Below are positions 34,055-43,742 of a DNA stretch of 64,000 nucleotides, in pieces. Below the pieces are notes generated by a model. The model was not told the DNA's origin, searched no databases, and saw nothing but the letters and a program-made list of their open reading frames with translations. Location: NCBI GenBank assembly GCA_030649945.1, contig JAUSFE010000083.1, forward strand, positions 5,194 through 69,193, written 5' to 3'. Numbering within the stretch: position 1 is the first letter of the stretch; each line of letters begins with the position of its first letter. The DNA is from Dehalococcoidia bacterium. GTDB taxonomy: Bacteria > Chloroflexota > Dehalococcoidia > SM23-28-2 > RBG-16-64-32. The position numbers were made by a program, and so were the translations under genes.

Positions 34055-36706
34055 CTACTTGCCCTTACCGGGCTGGGCGCCGTTGCCGCCGGGGCGGCGG
34101 CGCGGCCTGGCAGCGCCCTTCGGGGCCTCGGGCGCTTTGCGCGTCTTCGGCGCCTTGGCGTCCGTCTTCACCTCGGCGCCCGTGGGCAGCTCATCGCCTA
34201 CGCCGAACTCGCGGCGCATATCGATGACGGCCACGGCCGCCACGCGGTCGTTGTCGCCCACGTCCATGAGGGTGACGCCCTGGGTGGACCGGCCCTGGAG
34301 GGAGATGTGGGCGACAGGGGTGCGCAGGACGATGCCGCCCTCGGAGATGAGCATGAGCTCGTGCTCCGCCTCGACCAGGCGAGCGGCGATCAGCTCGCCG
34401 GTCTTGGGGTTGGTCTTGAAGGTGATGACGCCCTGGCCGCCGCGGCCGTGGCGGGGGTAGTCCTCTACCGGCGTGCGCTTGCCAAAGCCGAACTCTGTGA
34501 CGACGAGCAGCGCCTGGTCCGCCTTGGCGATGTCCATGCCGACGACCTTGTCGCCGGAGGGGAGGCGGACGCCCTTGACGCCGCCGGAGAGGCGGGAGGC
34601 GGCCCGCAGCGTCTTCACGGCGAAGCGGATGGCCTGGCCGCGGGTGGTGACGATGATGGCGTCCTCTGCCTCCGCCGCCATCTTCGCCGAGACGAACTCG
34701 TCCGCAGGCTCGAGGTCCATGGCGATGAGGCCGTCGCGGCGGACGTTGGCGAAGTTCTTCATGGGGGTCTTCTTTACCTCGCCCAGCTTTGTCGCCATCA
34801 CCATGTACTCGTGCTCCGTGTGCGGCGGGACGCGGACCACGGTGGTCACGCGCTCGTTCTGGTTGAGCATGAGGAGCTGCATGATGGACTGGCCTCGGCT
34901 TTCGCGTCGCTCCTCCAGCACCTCGTATGTTTTAACCTGGAAGCAGCGGCCGCGGTCCGTGAAGAAGATGAGTTTGTCGTGCGTATCGGCCACTACGAGG
35001 TGGCGCACAGCGTCGTCCTCGCGGGTCTTCATGCCGATAATGCCGACGCCGCCGCGGCGCTGCGCGCGATAGGTGCTGAGCGGCATGCGCTTGATGTAGC
35101 CGCGCGACGAGATGGTGACGACGACCTCCTGGTGGGCCACCATGTCCTCTTCCGAGAACTCTTCGGGCTCCTGCTCCATGATCATCGTGCGGCGCTCGTC
35201 CCCGAACTTCTTCTTGAGATCGACGGCGTCGTCCTTGATCAGGAAGTCGATCTTGCGGGGGTTGGCCAGGAGGTCCTCCAGGTAGGCGATCTCCTTGATC
35301 AGCTCGGCGTACTCGTCCTGGATCTTCTGGCGCTCCAGGCGGGCCAGACGGCGCAGCTGCATGTCCAGCACGGCCTGGGCCTGGCGGTCGCTGAGGCCGA
35401 AGGGGGCGGCCATGAGCCTGGCCTTGGCGTCTTCGGCGGAATCGGCGCCGCGGATGGTCTTGATGACCTCGTCCAGCATGTCGAGGGCCTTGAGCAGGCC
35501 TTCCAGGATGTGCGCGCGGTCCTTCGCCTTCTCCAGGTCGAACTCGGAGCGGCGGCGGATGACCTCGCGCCGGTGGTTGATGTAGCACTCCAGGATCTTC
35601 TTGACGCTGACGGTGCGGGGCTGGCCGTCCACGAGGGCCAGCATGTTGACCGCGAAGGCCGTCTGCATGGCCGTGTGCTTGTAGAGGGAGTTGAGCAGCT
35701 GCTTGGGCTGGGCCTCGCGCTTGAGCTCGATGACGATGCGCATGCCGTGGCGGTCCGACTCGTCGCGCAGGTCGGCGATGCCCTCGATGCGCTTGGCGCG
35801 GACGAGGTCGGCGATCTTCTCGATCAGCGCGGCCTTGTTCACCTGGTAGGGCAGCTCCGTGACGATGATCTGGTTGCGGTTGCCCTTGGCCATCTCCTCG
35901 ATGTGCACGCGGGCGCGCTGGACGACGCGGCCCTTGCCGTCGGCGTAGGCGGTGCGGATGGCGTCGCGCCGTTCAGTGGTGGGGCCCTGGCCGTCGGTAG
36001 CGGGCAGGCGGACGGTCTCGTAGCGGAAGATGACGCCGCCGGTGGGGAAGTCCGGCCCGTGCACGATGTCGCTCAGCTCCTCCATCGTCGTCTCGGGGTT
36101 TTCGATGAGGAGGGCGATGGCGTCGCAGAGCTCGCCCAGGTTGTGGGGCGGGATGTTCGTGGCCATGCCGACGGCGATACCGGAGGCGCCGTTGGCGAGC
36201 AGGTTGGGCAGGCGCGCGGGCAGGGGGATGGGCTCCTTCAGGGAGTCGTCGAAGTTGGCGACGAAATCGACCGTATTCTTATCGATGTCCGCCAGCAGCT
36301 CCATGGCGATGGCGGCCAGGCGCGCCTCCGTGTAGCGCATGGCGGCGGGGGGGTCGTTGTCTACGGAGCCGAAGTTGCCCTGGCCGTCCACGAGGGGGTA
36401 GCGCAGGCTGAAGAGCTGGGCCAGGCGGACCATGGCCTCGTAGACGGGGGCGTCGCCGTGGGGGTGGTACTTGCCCATGACCTCGCCGACGATGCGGGCG
36501 CTCTTCTTGTAGGAGGAGCCGGGCCCCAGGCTCATGTCGTGCATGGCGTAGAGGATGCGGCGCTGCACGGGCTTGAGGCCGTCGCGGATATCGGGCAAGG
36601 CGCGCGCCACGATGACGGACATGGCGTAGTCCAGGTAGGAGGAGCGCATCTCCTCCTCGATCTTGGTGTGCCGCACGTTGCCCATGGCAAATGCGTCGAG
36701 GGTCAT
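34055..36706 (-). CDS. gyrA: DNA gyrase subunit A
   Basis: [33 protein letters not shown]...GKYHPHGD...AMRYTE, with C-terminal beta-pinwheel repeats. Confidence 0.97.
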   Translation of the reverse strand: MTLDAFAMGNVRHTKIEEEMRSSYLDYAMSVIVARALPDIRDGLKPVQRRILYAMHDMSLGPGSSYKKSARIVGEVMGKYHPHGDAPVYEAMVRLAQLFSLRYPLVDGQGNFGSVDNDPPAAMRYTEARLAAIAMELLADIDKNTVDFVANFDDSLKEPIPLPARLPNLLANGASGIAVGMATNIPPHNLGELCDAIALLIENPETTMEELSDIVHGPDFPTGGVIFRYETVRLPATDGQGPTTERRDAIRTAYADGKGRVVQRARVHIEEMAKGNRNQIIVTELPYQVNKAALIEKIADLVRAKRIEGIADLRDESDRHGMRIVIELKREAQPKQLLNSLYKHTAMQTAFAVNMLALVDGQPRTVSVKKILECYINHRREVIRRRSEFDLEKAKDRAHILEGLLKALDMLDEVIKTIRGADSAEDAKARLMAAPFGLSDRQAQAVLDMQLRRLARLERQKIQDEYAELIKEIAYLEDLLANPRKIDFLIKDDAVDLKKKFGDERRTMIMEQEPEEFSEEDMVAHQEVVVTISSRGYIKRMPLSTYRAQRRGGVGIIGMKTREDDAVRHLVVADTHDKLIFFTDRGRCFQVKTYEVLEERRESRGQSIMQLLMLNQNERVTTVVRVPPHTEHEYMVMATKLGEVKKTPMKNFANVRRDGLIAMDLEPADEFVSAKMAAEAEDAIIVTTRGQAIRFAVKTLRAASRLSGGVKGVRLPSGDKVVGMDIAKADQALLVVTEFGFGKRTPVEDYPRHGRGGQGVITFKTNPKTGELIAARLVEAEHELMLISEGGIVLRTPVAHISLQGRSTQGVTLMDVGDNDRVAAVAVIDMRREFGVGDELPTGAEVKTDAKAPKTRKAPEAPKGAARPRRRPGGNGAQPGKGK

Positions 36707-37097
36707 GGGAACTCCTTACAGACGGCCGGCCTGGGGGACGGCAGACGCTGCGCGGGGGTTTCGCGGCTGGGGGTCCGGCGGGCTGCCCGCAAGGCCGGCA
36801 GGCCTCCGGCCGCGACAAATCGTACAGTCACGCAAACATTATATCTGAAACTGCCGATAAGTTCAGCAAAAGTGCGCGGCGGAGGCCAGCGCGGGGGAAT
36901 GTAGCCAGGGGCTTGCAGGGGCGACCGGACGGTAGCCCCTACGCTTCGCGACAGGCGGCGACGGTCTCGTCGTCGAGCAACGAGGCCCATTTTGGTAACA
37001 TTTCGCGGCTTCGAGCCATCTATATTCACGAATTCATGGCCATGCTCGCAACATCCCCTGGGATAGCGACGCCTGGCGGTACAGGAGGAACAAGATC

Positions 37098-37754
37098 ATG
37101 GACAACGCGATAGGAACCAACCGCCGTTCTGGCCGGTGGCTCTTCAGCTTCATCTGCCTTGGCGCAATAGCAGCGGTCGCTCTGGGTGCGCTGGCCGCGT
37201 GGCAGGCGGACGTACAGCGCTCCAGGGCAGACGAGATGGAGTCCCACGCGGCCTCCGCTGCCCTCCTTCAAGGGGCAGGGGTGGAGGCTAGAGCCAGCGC
37301 TGAGCTGCTCCGAACGTACGTGGAGACAGGCGACGAAGCGCTGCTGCCGCAGTTCCAAAGCCACGCCACAGTGGCACTGGAGGGCGTGACCGGGGCCGCC
37401 GCCCAGGGCGCCGAGAGCGCGCGCGTGATCGCCGGTCAGGGCTCGGGGCTGATCGAGTCGGCGGGACAGGTCATCGCGCTGCGCAAGGTCGGCGACGTCC
37501 AGGGCGCGGCTGCGGCTATGGAGCAGATGTCGCTTGCGTTCGAGGGCCTCTCGGTTGAGCTGGAGAACGCCATCGTCGCGGAACAGGGGAAGGCCGCTAC
37601 CCTGGAGGACAGCGCCGCAAGTGCGGACGCCCTGTCGTCACGGCTTCTCTTGGCCGGCCTCATCGCGGGTGGACTTGTGGCGATAGGCGCCGTGGCGTTC
37701 GCTACCGGCGCCATCTTCGGACGCAGGACCCCGAAGACAGCCTCTCCGATCTAA
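37098..37754 (+). CDS. membrane protein: stand-alone TM / helical sensor-like domain / TM
   Basis: Paralogous to the N-terminus of the next gene (AWQADVQRSRADEMESH..LLRTYVETGDEALLPQFQSH against AWQARVHQSDLDDLESH..LLQRYVIAGDDTLIPEIKTH). Confidence 0.6.
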   Translation: MDNAIGTNRRSGRWLFSFICLGAIAAVALGALAAWQADVQRSRADEMESHAASAALLQGAGVEARASAELLRTYVETGDEALLPQFQSHATVALEGVTGAAAQGAESARVIAGQGSGLIESAGQVIALRKVGDVQGAAAAMEQMSLAFEGLSVELENAIVAEQGKAATLEDSAASADALSSRLLLAGLIAGGLVAIGAVAFATGAIFGRRTPKTASPI

Positions 37755-37832
37755 GCGTGAGCCGGGCGCCCGTCAGAAGGGACGGTCAGGCAAGATGAGC
37801 GAGAGTATGGCCGAAGCGATCAAGCCGGCGGG

Positions 37833-39815
37833 GTGTGGTCCGTGGTAAACCCCCTGGCCTCCGTAAAAGCGCGCATGATCGCCGGCTTCGCGCTGTTCAC
37901 GATCATCCTCGCCGTTGTGGCGGGTGGGTCGGCCTGGCAGGCCCGCGTCCACCAGTCGGACCTGGACGACCTGGAGTCCCACTCGCGCACGGCGACGCTG
38001 CTGCAGGAGGCGGAGGCTCAGGGCGGGGCCGCCGCGCTGTTGTTGCAGCGCTACGTCATCGCCGGCGATGACACTCTGATCCCCGAGATCAAGACCCATG
38101 CTGCTGCGGCCGTGGACAGCCTGGCCGAGGCCGCCTTCCTCTCGGGCGCGAGCGGCGACAGCGAGATCGCCAGCGCGGGAGTCAGACTGGCCCAGGGCGC
38201 CGGGGAGATCGCGACTCTGCGGCAAGCCGGCCATCAGGAGGCCGCGGCGGCAGCGATGGAAGAAATCGTCCCTGTGTTCCGGGACTTCAGGCTCAAGCTC
38301 GAGGCCGACACCGAACAGGAGACCCAAAACGTCGCGGACCTGCGCGCCAGAGCCGACAAGGCCGGGGCTGTGGTCTTGTGGCTTCTGATCCTGTCGGGCG
38401 CTATCGGCGCTGCCATCGGGATGGCGGGATCCGTCCTGATCGCCCGATCCATAATCAAGCCGCTCTCGTCCCTGGAGGCGACGGCGCTCGCCGCGTCCAA
38501 AGGCGATCTGTCTGCCCGGGCGCCGGCGACCGGGCCGCGGGAGCTGGCCCATCTGGGGTCGGTCCTCAATCATATGATGTCCGCGGTGGAGGCCCGCACC
38601 CGCGAGCTGACGGCGGCCTACGAAGAGCTGAGCGAGCGCAACACGCAGCTAACGGACGCCCGCGCCCAGGCAACCACCGATGCCCTCACCAGCCTGGGCA
38701 ACCACCGGTCGTTCCACAAGAGGATCAGAGAAGAGTTCGCCGAAGCGGAGAGCGGTGGCACCCCCGTCGGGCTCCTCCTCTTCGACGTTGATAACTTCAA
38801 GGAGTTCAACGACTCGTTGGGCCACCTGGCCGGCGACGACATCCTGCGCCAGGTGGCGATCACCCTCGCGGACACGACCAAGCGCGACGACGCCTACCGA
38901 TACGGCGGGGATGAGTTCGCTATCGTGGCGCCGGGAACTGACCTGCGCGGGGTGGCTGCGGCCGCCGAAAGGCTACGTGTGGCGATGGAGCGCATGGCCA
39001 CCGTTGACGGGTTAAAGGTCACCGTAAGCGTGGGGGTCGCGAGCTTCCCGGAGACGGCCGCCTCGGCGGAGGAGCTCATCTACAGGGCGGACATGGCGAT
39101 GTACTGGGCCAAGTCCACCGGCAAGAACCGCGTCGGCGACTGGGACGGCCTGGTGGCCCACCGCAGCAACGGGTCGGTGCCGAACCGCCTCGGTTACCGC
39201 GACGGCAAGATACGCGACGCCGTCGTCTCGCTGGTTTCCGCACTGGCTGCCAAAGACCCTCTGACGCGCGACCACATCGAGCGCTGCTCCAGGTACACCG
39301 CCCAGCTTGCGGAAGAGCTCGGCCTCGGCCAGCGGGAGGTCTCCATCCTGCGCCTGGCTTCCCTGCTGCACGATATCGGGAAACTTGTTGTGCCCGTAGA
39401 GGTCCTATGCAAGCCCGGCCCGCTCACGGAAGAGGAGTGGTCCCAGATGAAGCAACACCCCACTCATGCGCTGCATATCCTGGGGCCCATAGATTCCGTG
39501 GCCGAGGCCGTGCCTGCCATCCTCCATCACCACGAGCACTTCGACGGGTCGGGCTACCCCGGCGGGCTCGCGGGCGAGGATATCCCCATAGAGTCCCGGA
39601 TCATGCTGGTAGCTGATGCCTTCGATGCCATGACCACGGACCGTCCCTATCGGAAGGGCATGTCCGTCGAAAGGGCCATCGCCGAACTGAAGACCCACAG
39701 CGGCACTCAGTTTGATCCCACGATTGTTAAGGCCTTCGTCGAAATGCTCTCCCGCAAGGGGGCCCATCCTTTAGTCTCAGCGGCCGCTGCCGCCGGCTCG
39801 CCGGGGCGGCGCTAG
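37833..39815 (+). CDS. sensor / HAMP / GGDEF / HD-GYP c-di-GMP turnover protein
   Basis: YRYGGDEFAIV (GGDEF). LHDIGK...HHHEHFDGSGYPGG (HD-GYP). Confidence 0.9.
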   Translation: MWSVVNPLASVKARMIAGFALFTIILAVVAGGSAWQARVHQSDLDDLESHSRTATLLQEAEAQGGAAALLLQRYVIAGDDTLIPEIKTHAAAAVDSLAEAAFLSGASGDSEIASAGVRLAQGAGEIATLRQAGHQEAAAAAMEEIVPVFRDFRLKLEADTEQETQNVADLRARADKAGAVVLWLLILSGAIGAAIGMAGSVLIARSIIKPLSSLEATALAASKGDLSARAPATGPRELAHLGSVLNHMMSAVEARTRELTAAYEELSERNTQLTDARAQATTDALTSLGNHRSFHKRIREEFAEAESGGTPVGLLLFDVDNFKEFNDSLGHLAGDDILRQVAITLADTTKRDDAYRYGGDEFAIVAPGTDLRGVAAAAERLRVAMERMATVDGLKVTVSVGVASFPETAASAEELIYRADMAMYWAKSTGKNRVGDWDGLVAHRSNGSVPNRLGYRDGKIRDAVVSLVSALAAKDPLTRDHIERCSRYTAQLAEELGLGQREVSILRLASLLHDIGKLVVPVEVLCKPGPLTEEEWSQMKQHPTHALHILGPIDSVAEAVPAILHHHEHFDGSGYPGGLAGEDIPIESRIMLVADAFDAMTTDRPYRKGMSVERAIAELKTHSGTQFDPTIVKAFVEMLSRKGAHPLVSAAAAAGSPGRR

Positions 39816-39857
39816 CTGTAGCTCGCACACAGGTTGTTTACGGCCAGATGACTGTCG

Positions 39858-39873
39858 CCCCGATGCATCGGGG
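39858..39873. terminator. 16-nt perfect palindrome CCCCGATGCATCGGGG between convergent genes
   Basis: Read directly. It lies between the stop at 39815 (+) and the stop at 39888 (-). Confidence 0.4.
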
Positions 39874-39887
39874 GCTGCCGCCCGGGC

Positions 39888-40565
39888 CTATGGCTCGCGG
39901 CAGGCTGCCACGAAGGCCGCGAACAGCGGTTCCGCGTCCGGCCGCATCTCCGGGCGTTCCGGATGCCACTGCACGCCCATGACCCAGCGGCGGTCTGTGG
40001 CCTCCACCGCCTCCACGAACCCGTCGGGAGAGCGGGCGACAGCGCCCAGCGGCGCTGCCACGCGGTCCGGCGTCACGCCCTGATGGTGTCGGGAGTTGAC
40101 GCGCAGGGTCCGGCCGGGGCCATAGACGGCGGCCAGGCGGCTGCGGGGGCCGTCCAGCGTGACCTCGTGCCAGCTGGAGGCGCTGTCCGCGAGCCACTTG
40201 TGTCCGTCGCTCTGGATGTCCTGTAAGAGGGCGCCGCCGAGGGCGACATTGAGCAGTTGGTGGCCGCGGCAGATGCAGAGCACGGGGAGATCGCGTTCCA
40301 GGGCCCGGCGCAGGAGGCCGAGTTCGTGCTGGTCGCGCTCCTTGTTGGGCCTGTCCGTGCCGGGCCGGCGCTTTTCGCCGTACAGGCTGGGGTCCACGTC
40401 CGCGCCGCCCGTGAGCAGGAGGCCCTGGGCGCCGGCGGGCAAATCCGCGCTGTCCACGAGCACGTACTCCGCGCCGGCGGCGAGGAGCGAGTCGTAGTAG
40501 TACTTCGTGCGCTCCCAGGTGGGCGCGCGCCAGTGGGGGACGGCGATGAGGGGGCGGCGCGACAT
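39888..40565 (-). CDS. class I glutamine amidotransferase / gamma-glutamyl-GABA hydrolase-like (peptidase C26)
   Basis: PVLCICRGHQLLNVALGG and GVQWHPE. Confidence 0.85.
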   Translation of the reverse strand: MSRRPLIAVPHWRAPTWERTKYYYDSLLAAGAEYVLVDSADLPAGAQGLLLTGGADVDPSLYGEKRRPGTDRPNKERDQHELGLLRRALERDLPVLCICRGHQLLNVALGGALLQDIQSDGHKWLADSASSWHEVTLDGPRSRLAAVYGPGRTLRVNSRHHQGVTPDRVAAPLGAVARSPDGFVEAVEATDRRWVMGVQWHPERPEMRPDAEPLFAAFVAACREP

Positions 40566-40620
40566 GACGGCAGTATGATACAACACCGCGGTCTGAGGGC
40601 TGCGGCAGCGACGCCGGCTG

Positions 40621-40644
40621 ATGCCACGCCTTTCAGGGTGTGGT
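40621..40644. repeat. 24-nt element ATGCCACGCCTTTCAGGGTGTGGT (left arm of an inverted pair)
   Basis: Its reverse complement matches 43201-43224 at 23/24 positions. It is itself a hairpin with a TTCA/TGAA core. Confidence 0.85.
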
Positions 40645-40691
40645 TTTGCCCGCGGGGCGCAGCAACCAGCGAGACGCTGTCCCCGGCCGCC

Positions 40692-41492
40692 TCACTTGAC
40701 CAGCCGTCTGCGCATGGCGTAGACGGCGACGGTGTAGGCGACGGCGGTGACCACAAGCATCCAGGCGATGTCTCCCAGGTGGCCCCAGTGCGGGTCGCCC
40801 TGCACGAGGCCGCGGTAGACGTTGACGACGTGCGAGGCGGGGGTGAACCAGGCGACGACGCGCACCCATTCCGGCAGGCGGTCCAGCGGGAAGAAGACGC
40901 CCGCCAGCCAGAACTGGGGCGTGATGAAGGCGGCGAAGAAGTAGTTGAGCGTGCTGATGGAGCGTGCGATGGAGGTGTAGCAGAGGGAGATAGCAGCGAA
41001 CATTAGCCCCGGCAGGAGCGCCAGGGGCAGGATGAGGACGGCCAGCGGCGACTCCACGGCCCCGAAGGCGCTGACCAGCACGAGGATGTAGACCACGCTG
41101 ACGGCGGCGCGGGTGGCGGCCCAGAGGATCTCGCCGGTGACCACGTCGTCGATGCTGGCGGGGGTGGAGACGATGGCGTCGTAGGTGCGCTGGTTCTCCA
41201 TGCGGAAGAAGGAGCCCCAGCCGGTCTCGCCGGCGGCGACCCACATGGGGAAGACGGCCAGCAGCCCAGGGGCGATGTAGTCCACGTAGCTCTGCTTCAC
41301 CGGCAGCTCCACGAAGCCGCCCAGCCCGAGGCCCAGAGCCACCAGGGTGATGAGGGGGTCGACGATGGGCCAGACGACCTCCGAGCGCCAGATGTTGAAG
41401 TAGACGTCGCGGTTGCGCTGCCAGACGCGCAGGGCGAGGTGGGAGACGCTGGGCAGGGCGATGGCGCGGCGGGGGAGGGCGACGGCGATCAT
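40692..41492 (-). CDS. ABC-2 type transporter permease
   Basis: 266 aa, 6 TM pattern. ATG 41492 overlaps the vapC stop (ATGA). Confidence 0.8.
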   Translation of the reverse strand: MIAVALPRRAIALPSVSHLALRVWQRNRDVYFNIWRSEVVWPIVDPLITLVALGLGLGGFVELPVKQSYVDYIAPGLLAVFPMWVAAGETGWGSFFRMENQRTYDAIVSTPASIDDVVTGEILWAATRAAVSVVYILVLVSAFGAVESPLAVLILPLALLPGLMFAAISLCYTSIARSISTLNYFFAAFITPQFWLAGVFFPLDRLPEWVRVVAWFTPASHVVNVYRGLVQGDPHWGHLGDIAWMLVVTAVAYTVAVYAMRRRLVK

Positions 41493-41911
41493 GGAGCGGC
41501 CATCAGCTCAGCTGGAGTGCGCACGGTTACCACTGTTGTGGCGCGTTCCCTCTGTTCGCGATCCCAGGTGACGAGTGGAAGGCCCAACTCGCGCGCAAGG
41601 GCGACATAGACGGAGTCTGCGCCACGCAGGCGGAACTGTGCGGAAAGCTGCGCCGCCAACCGGGCACGCTCGTGTCCGAGGGGAACGATGTGGACCTGGA
41701 GGAGGTTCACTATCTGCGAGAGAGCGCGTCGGGCGTGCAGCTCACTGGCAACTCGAGAGAGGGGACCTGTGACCTCCGGAAGCAGCAATGTGGGCGCGAT
41801 GAGCTCGACTTGCTGGTTCAGAACATGGTTCAGCCAGCGGTAGCTGGCAGCGTGGTTCACATCTGGAACAATATACCGAGATACCCAAACGCTGGCATCT
41901 ACCACGAACAT
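41489..41911 (-). CDS. vapC: PIN-domain toxin (VapC-like)
   Basis: MFVVDASVWV...LLLPEVTGPL...RGADSVYVALA, with acidic PIN residues in place. Confidence 0.8.
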   Translation of the reverse strand: MFVVDASVWVSRYIVPDVNHAASYRWLNHVLNQQVELIAPTLLLPEVTGPLSRVASELHARRALSQIVNLLQVHIVPLGHERARLAAQLSAQFRLRGADSVYVALARELGLPLVTWDREQRERATTVVTVRTPAELMAAP

Positions 41912-41914
41912 GGA

Positions 41915-42169
41915 TTAGCGGCGCTGCTCGCTGACGAGATTCGCGGCTGACACTCCCGGTGGCAGACGTTTTGCGATCTCCGCTGCGGTCTCGTCCATTT
42001 CTGCCCAGACAGTACGCCAGTCCTCTTTTTTTTCAGGCGCTTCAACGGGGACGAGCCAGGCGACGACCCGACCCCGATAGGTGATGTCGAACGACTCCTT
42101 CTTTTCGCGCACCCTGCGCATGATCTCGCTGATGTGTTGCTTTAGTTCCCGGACGCCGATTTCCGCCAT
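41915..42169 (-). CDS. Phd/YefM-type antitoxin
   Basis: MAEIGVRELKQHISEIMRRVREKKESFDITYRGRVVAWLVP. GGAGGAG lies before the ATG. A TACAATGTA palindrome lies upstream (42201-42209). Confidence 0.75.
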   Translation of the reverse strand: MAEIGVRELKQHISEIMRRVREKKESFDITYRGRVVAWLVPVEAPEKKEDWRTVWAEMDETAAEIAKRLPPGVSAANLVSEQRR

Positions 42170-42218
42170 CGCTACTCCTCCATGTGGTCTCTTTTGTGAC
42201 TACATTGTACTCGTGCGA

Positions 42219-43142
<924 letters not shown>

Positions 43143-43200
43143 GGGGCAGCGAGACCATGATAGCAAGTCGCGCCGCCAGGCGGTTGCGGTCGGCCAGTGC

Positions 43201-43224
43201 ACCACACCCTGAAGGGCGTGGCAT
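43201..43224. repeat. 24-nt element ACCACACCCTGAAGGGCGTGGCAT (right arm of the inverted pair)
   Basis: See 40621-40644. Confidence 0.85.
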
Positions 43225-43405
43225 CGATGCAGATACGATGCCCCAGCGTTCCCGCCATGGTCGCCCTCGCTGACCCAAGCGCCCCTCTCTTTCTCGCACC
43301 GGCTCTCGACATGCGAAGGCGGGTCTGGCGACACGCTGGGGGTGGAGCCGCTGCGCCTCGAAGCCCAACAGGCGCCGCTTCAGCCCTCCACGCAGCGCGG
43401 CGGCG

Positions 43406-43685
43406 TCAATTGGGCTGGTCGTCGCCGACCTTAGTGAAGCTCCATTCGAACTTCTCGAAGAGGTCAGGACTGTCGTAGTACCTGTGGCAGCTGCCGGAGA
43501 TCGTGTGCGCCGTGGCGTCGATCTGCCAGGTGGTGTGGAAGCAGGTGTTACCGCTGGCGTCCGGCGTCTGCCTATGGAGTGGAGTCGCCCACTTCGCGGA
43601 ACTGCCAGGTGAAGTCGTAGTGGGCCTCGCCGCCAAACGCGACGAGCCCGGCAACGAGAATGGCCGCCACGAGGATCAGCCGCAT
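43406..43685 (-). pseudogene. Possible frameshifted small secreted protein related to the C-terminus of the neighbouring 825-aa protein
   Basis: ATG 43685 gives MRLILVAAILVAGLVAFGGEAHYDFTWQFREVGDSTP then a stop (43572-43574). Another frame continues ...HTISGSCHRYYDSPDLFEKFEWSFTKVGDDQPN*. Compare RTISGSYSYLGSEGRGTFEFEWDLHRLGPGPPN* at the end of 43743-46220. Confidence 0.35.
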
Positions 43686-43742
43686 GACGCTACTTCCTCT
43701 TCCTCTGGAAGCGCCCTGAGCCGCTTCCGTCCAGCCGGTCGC

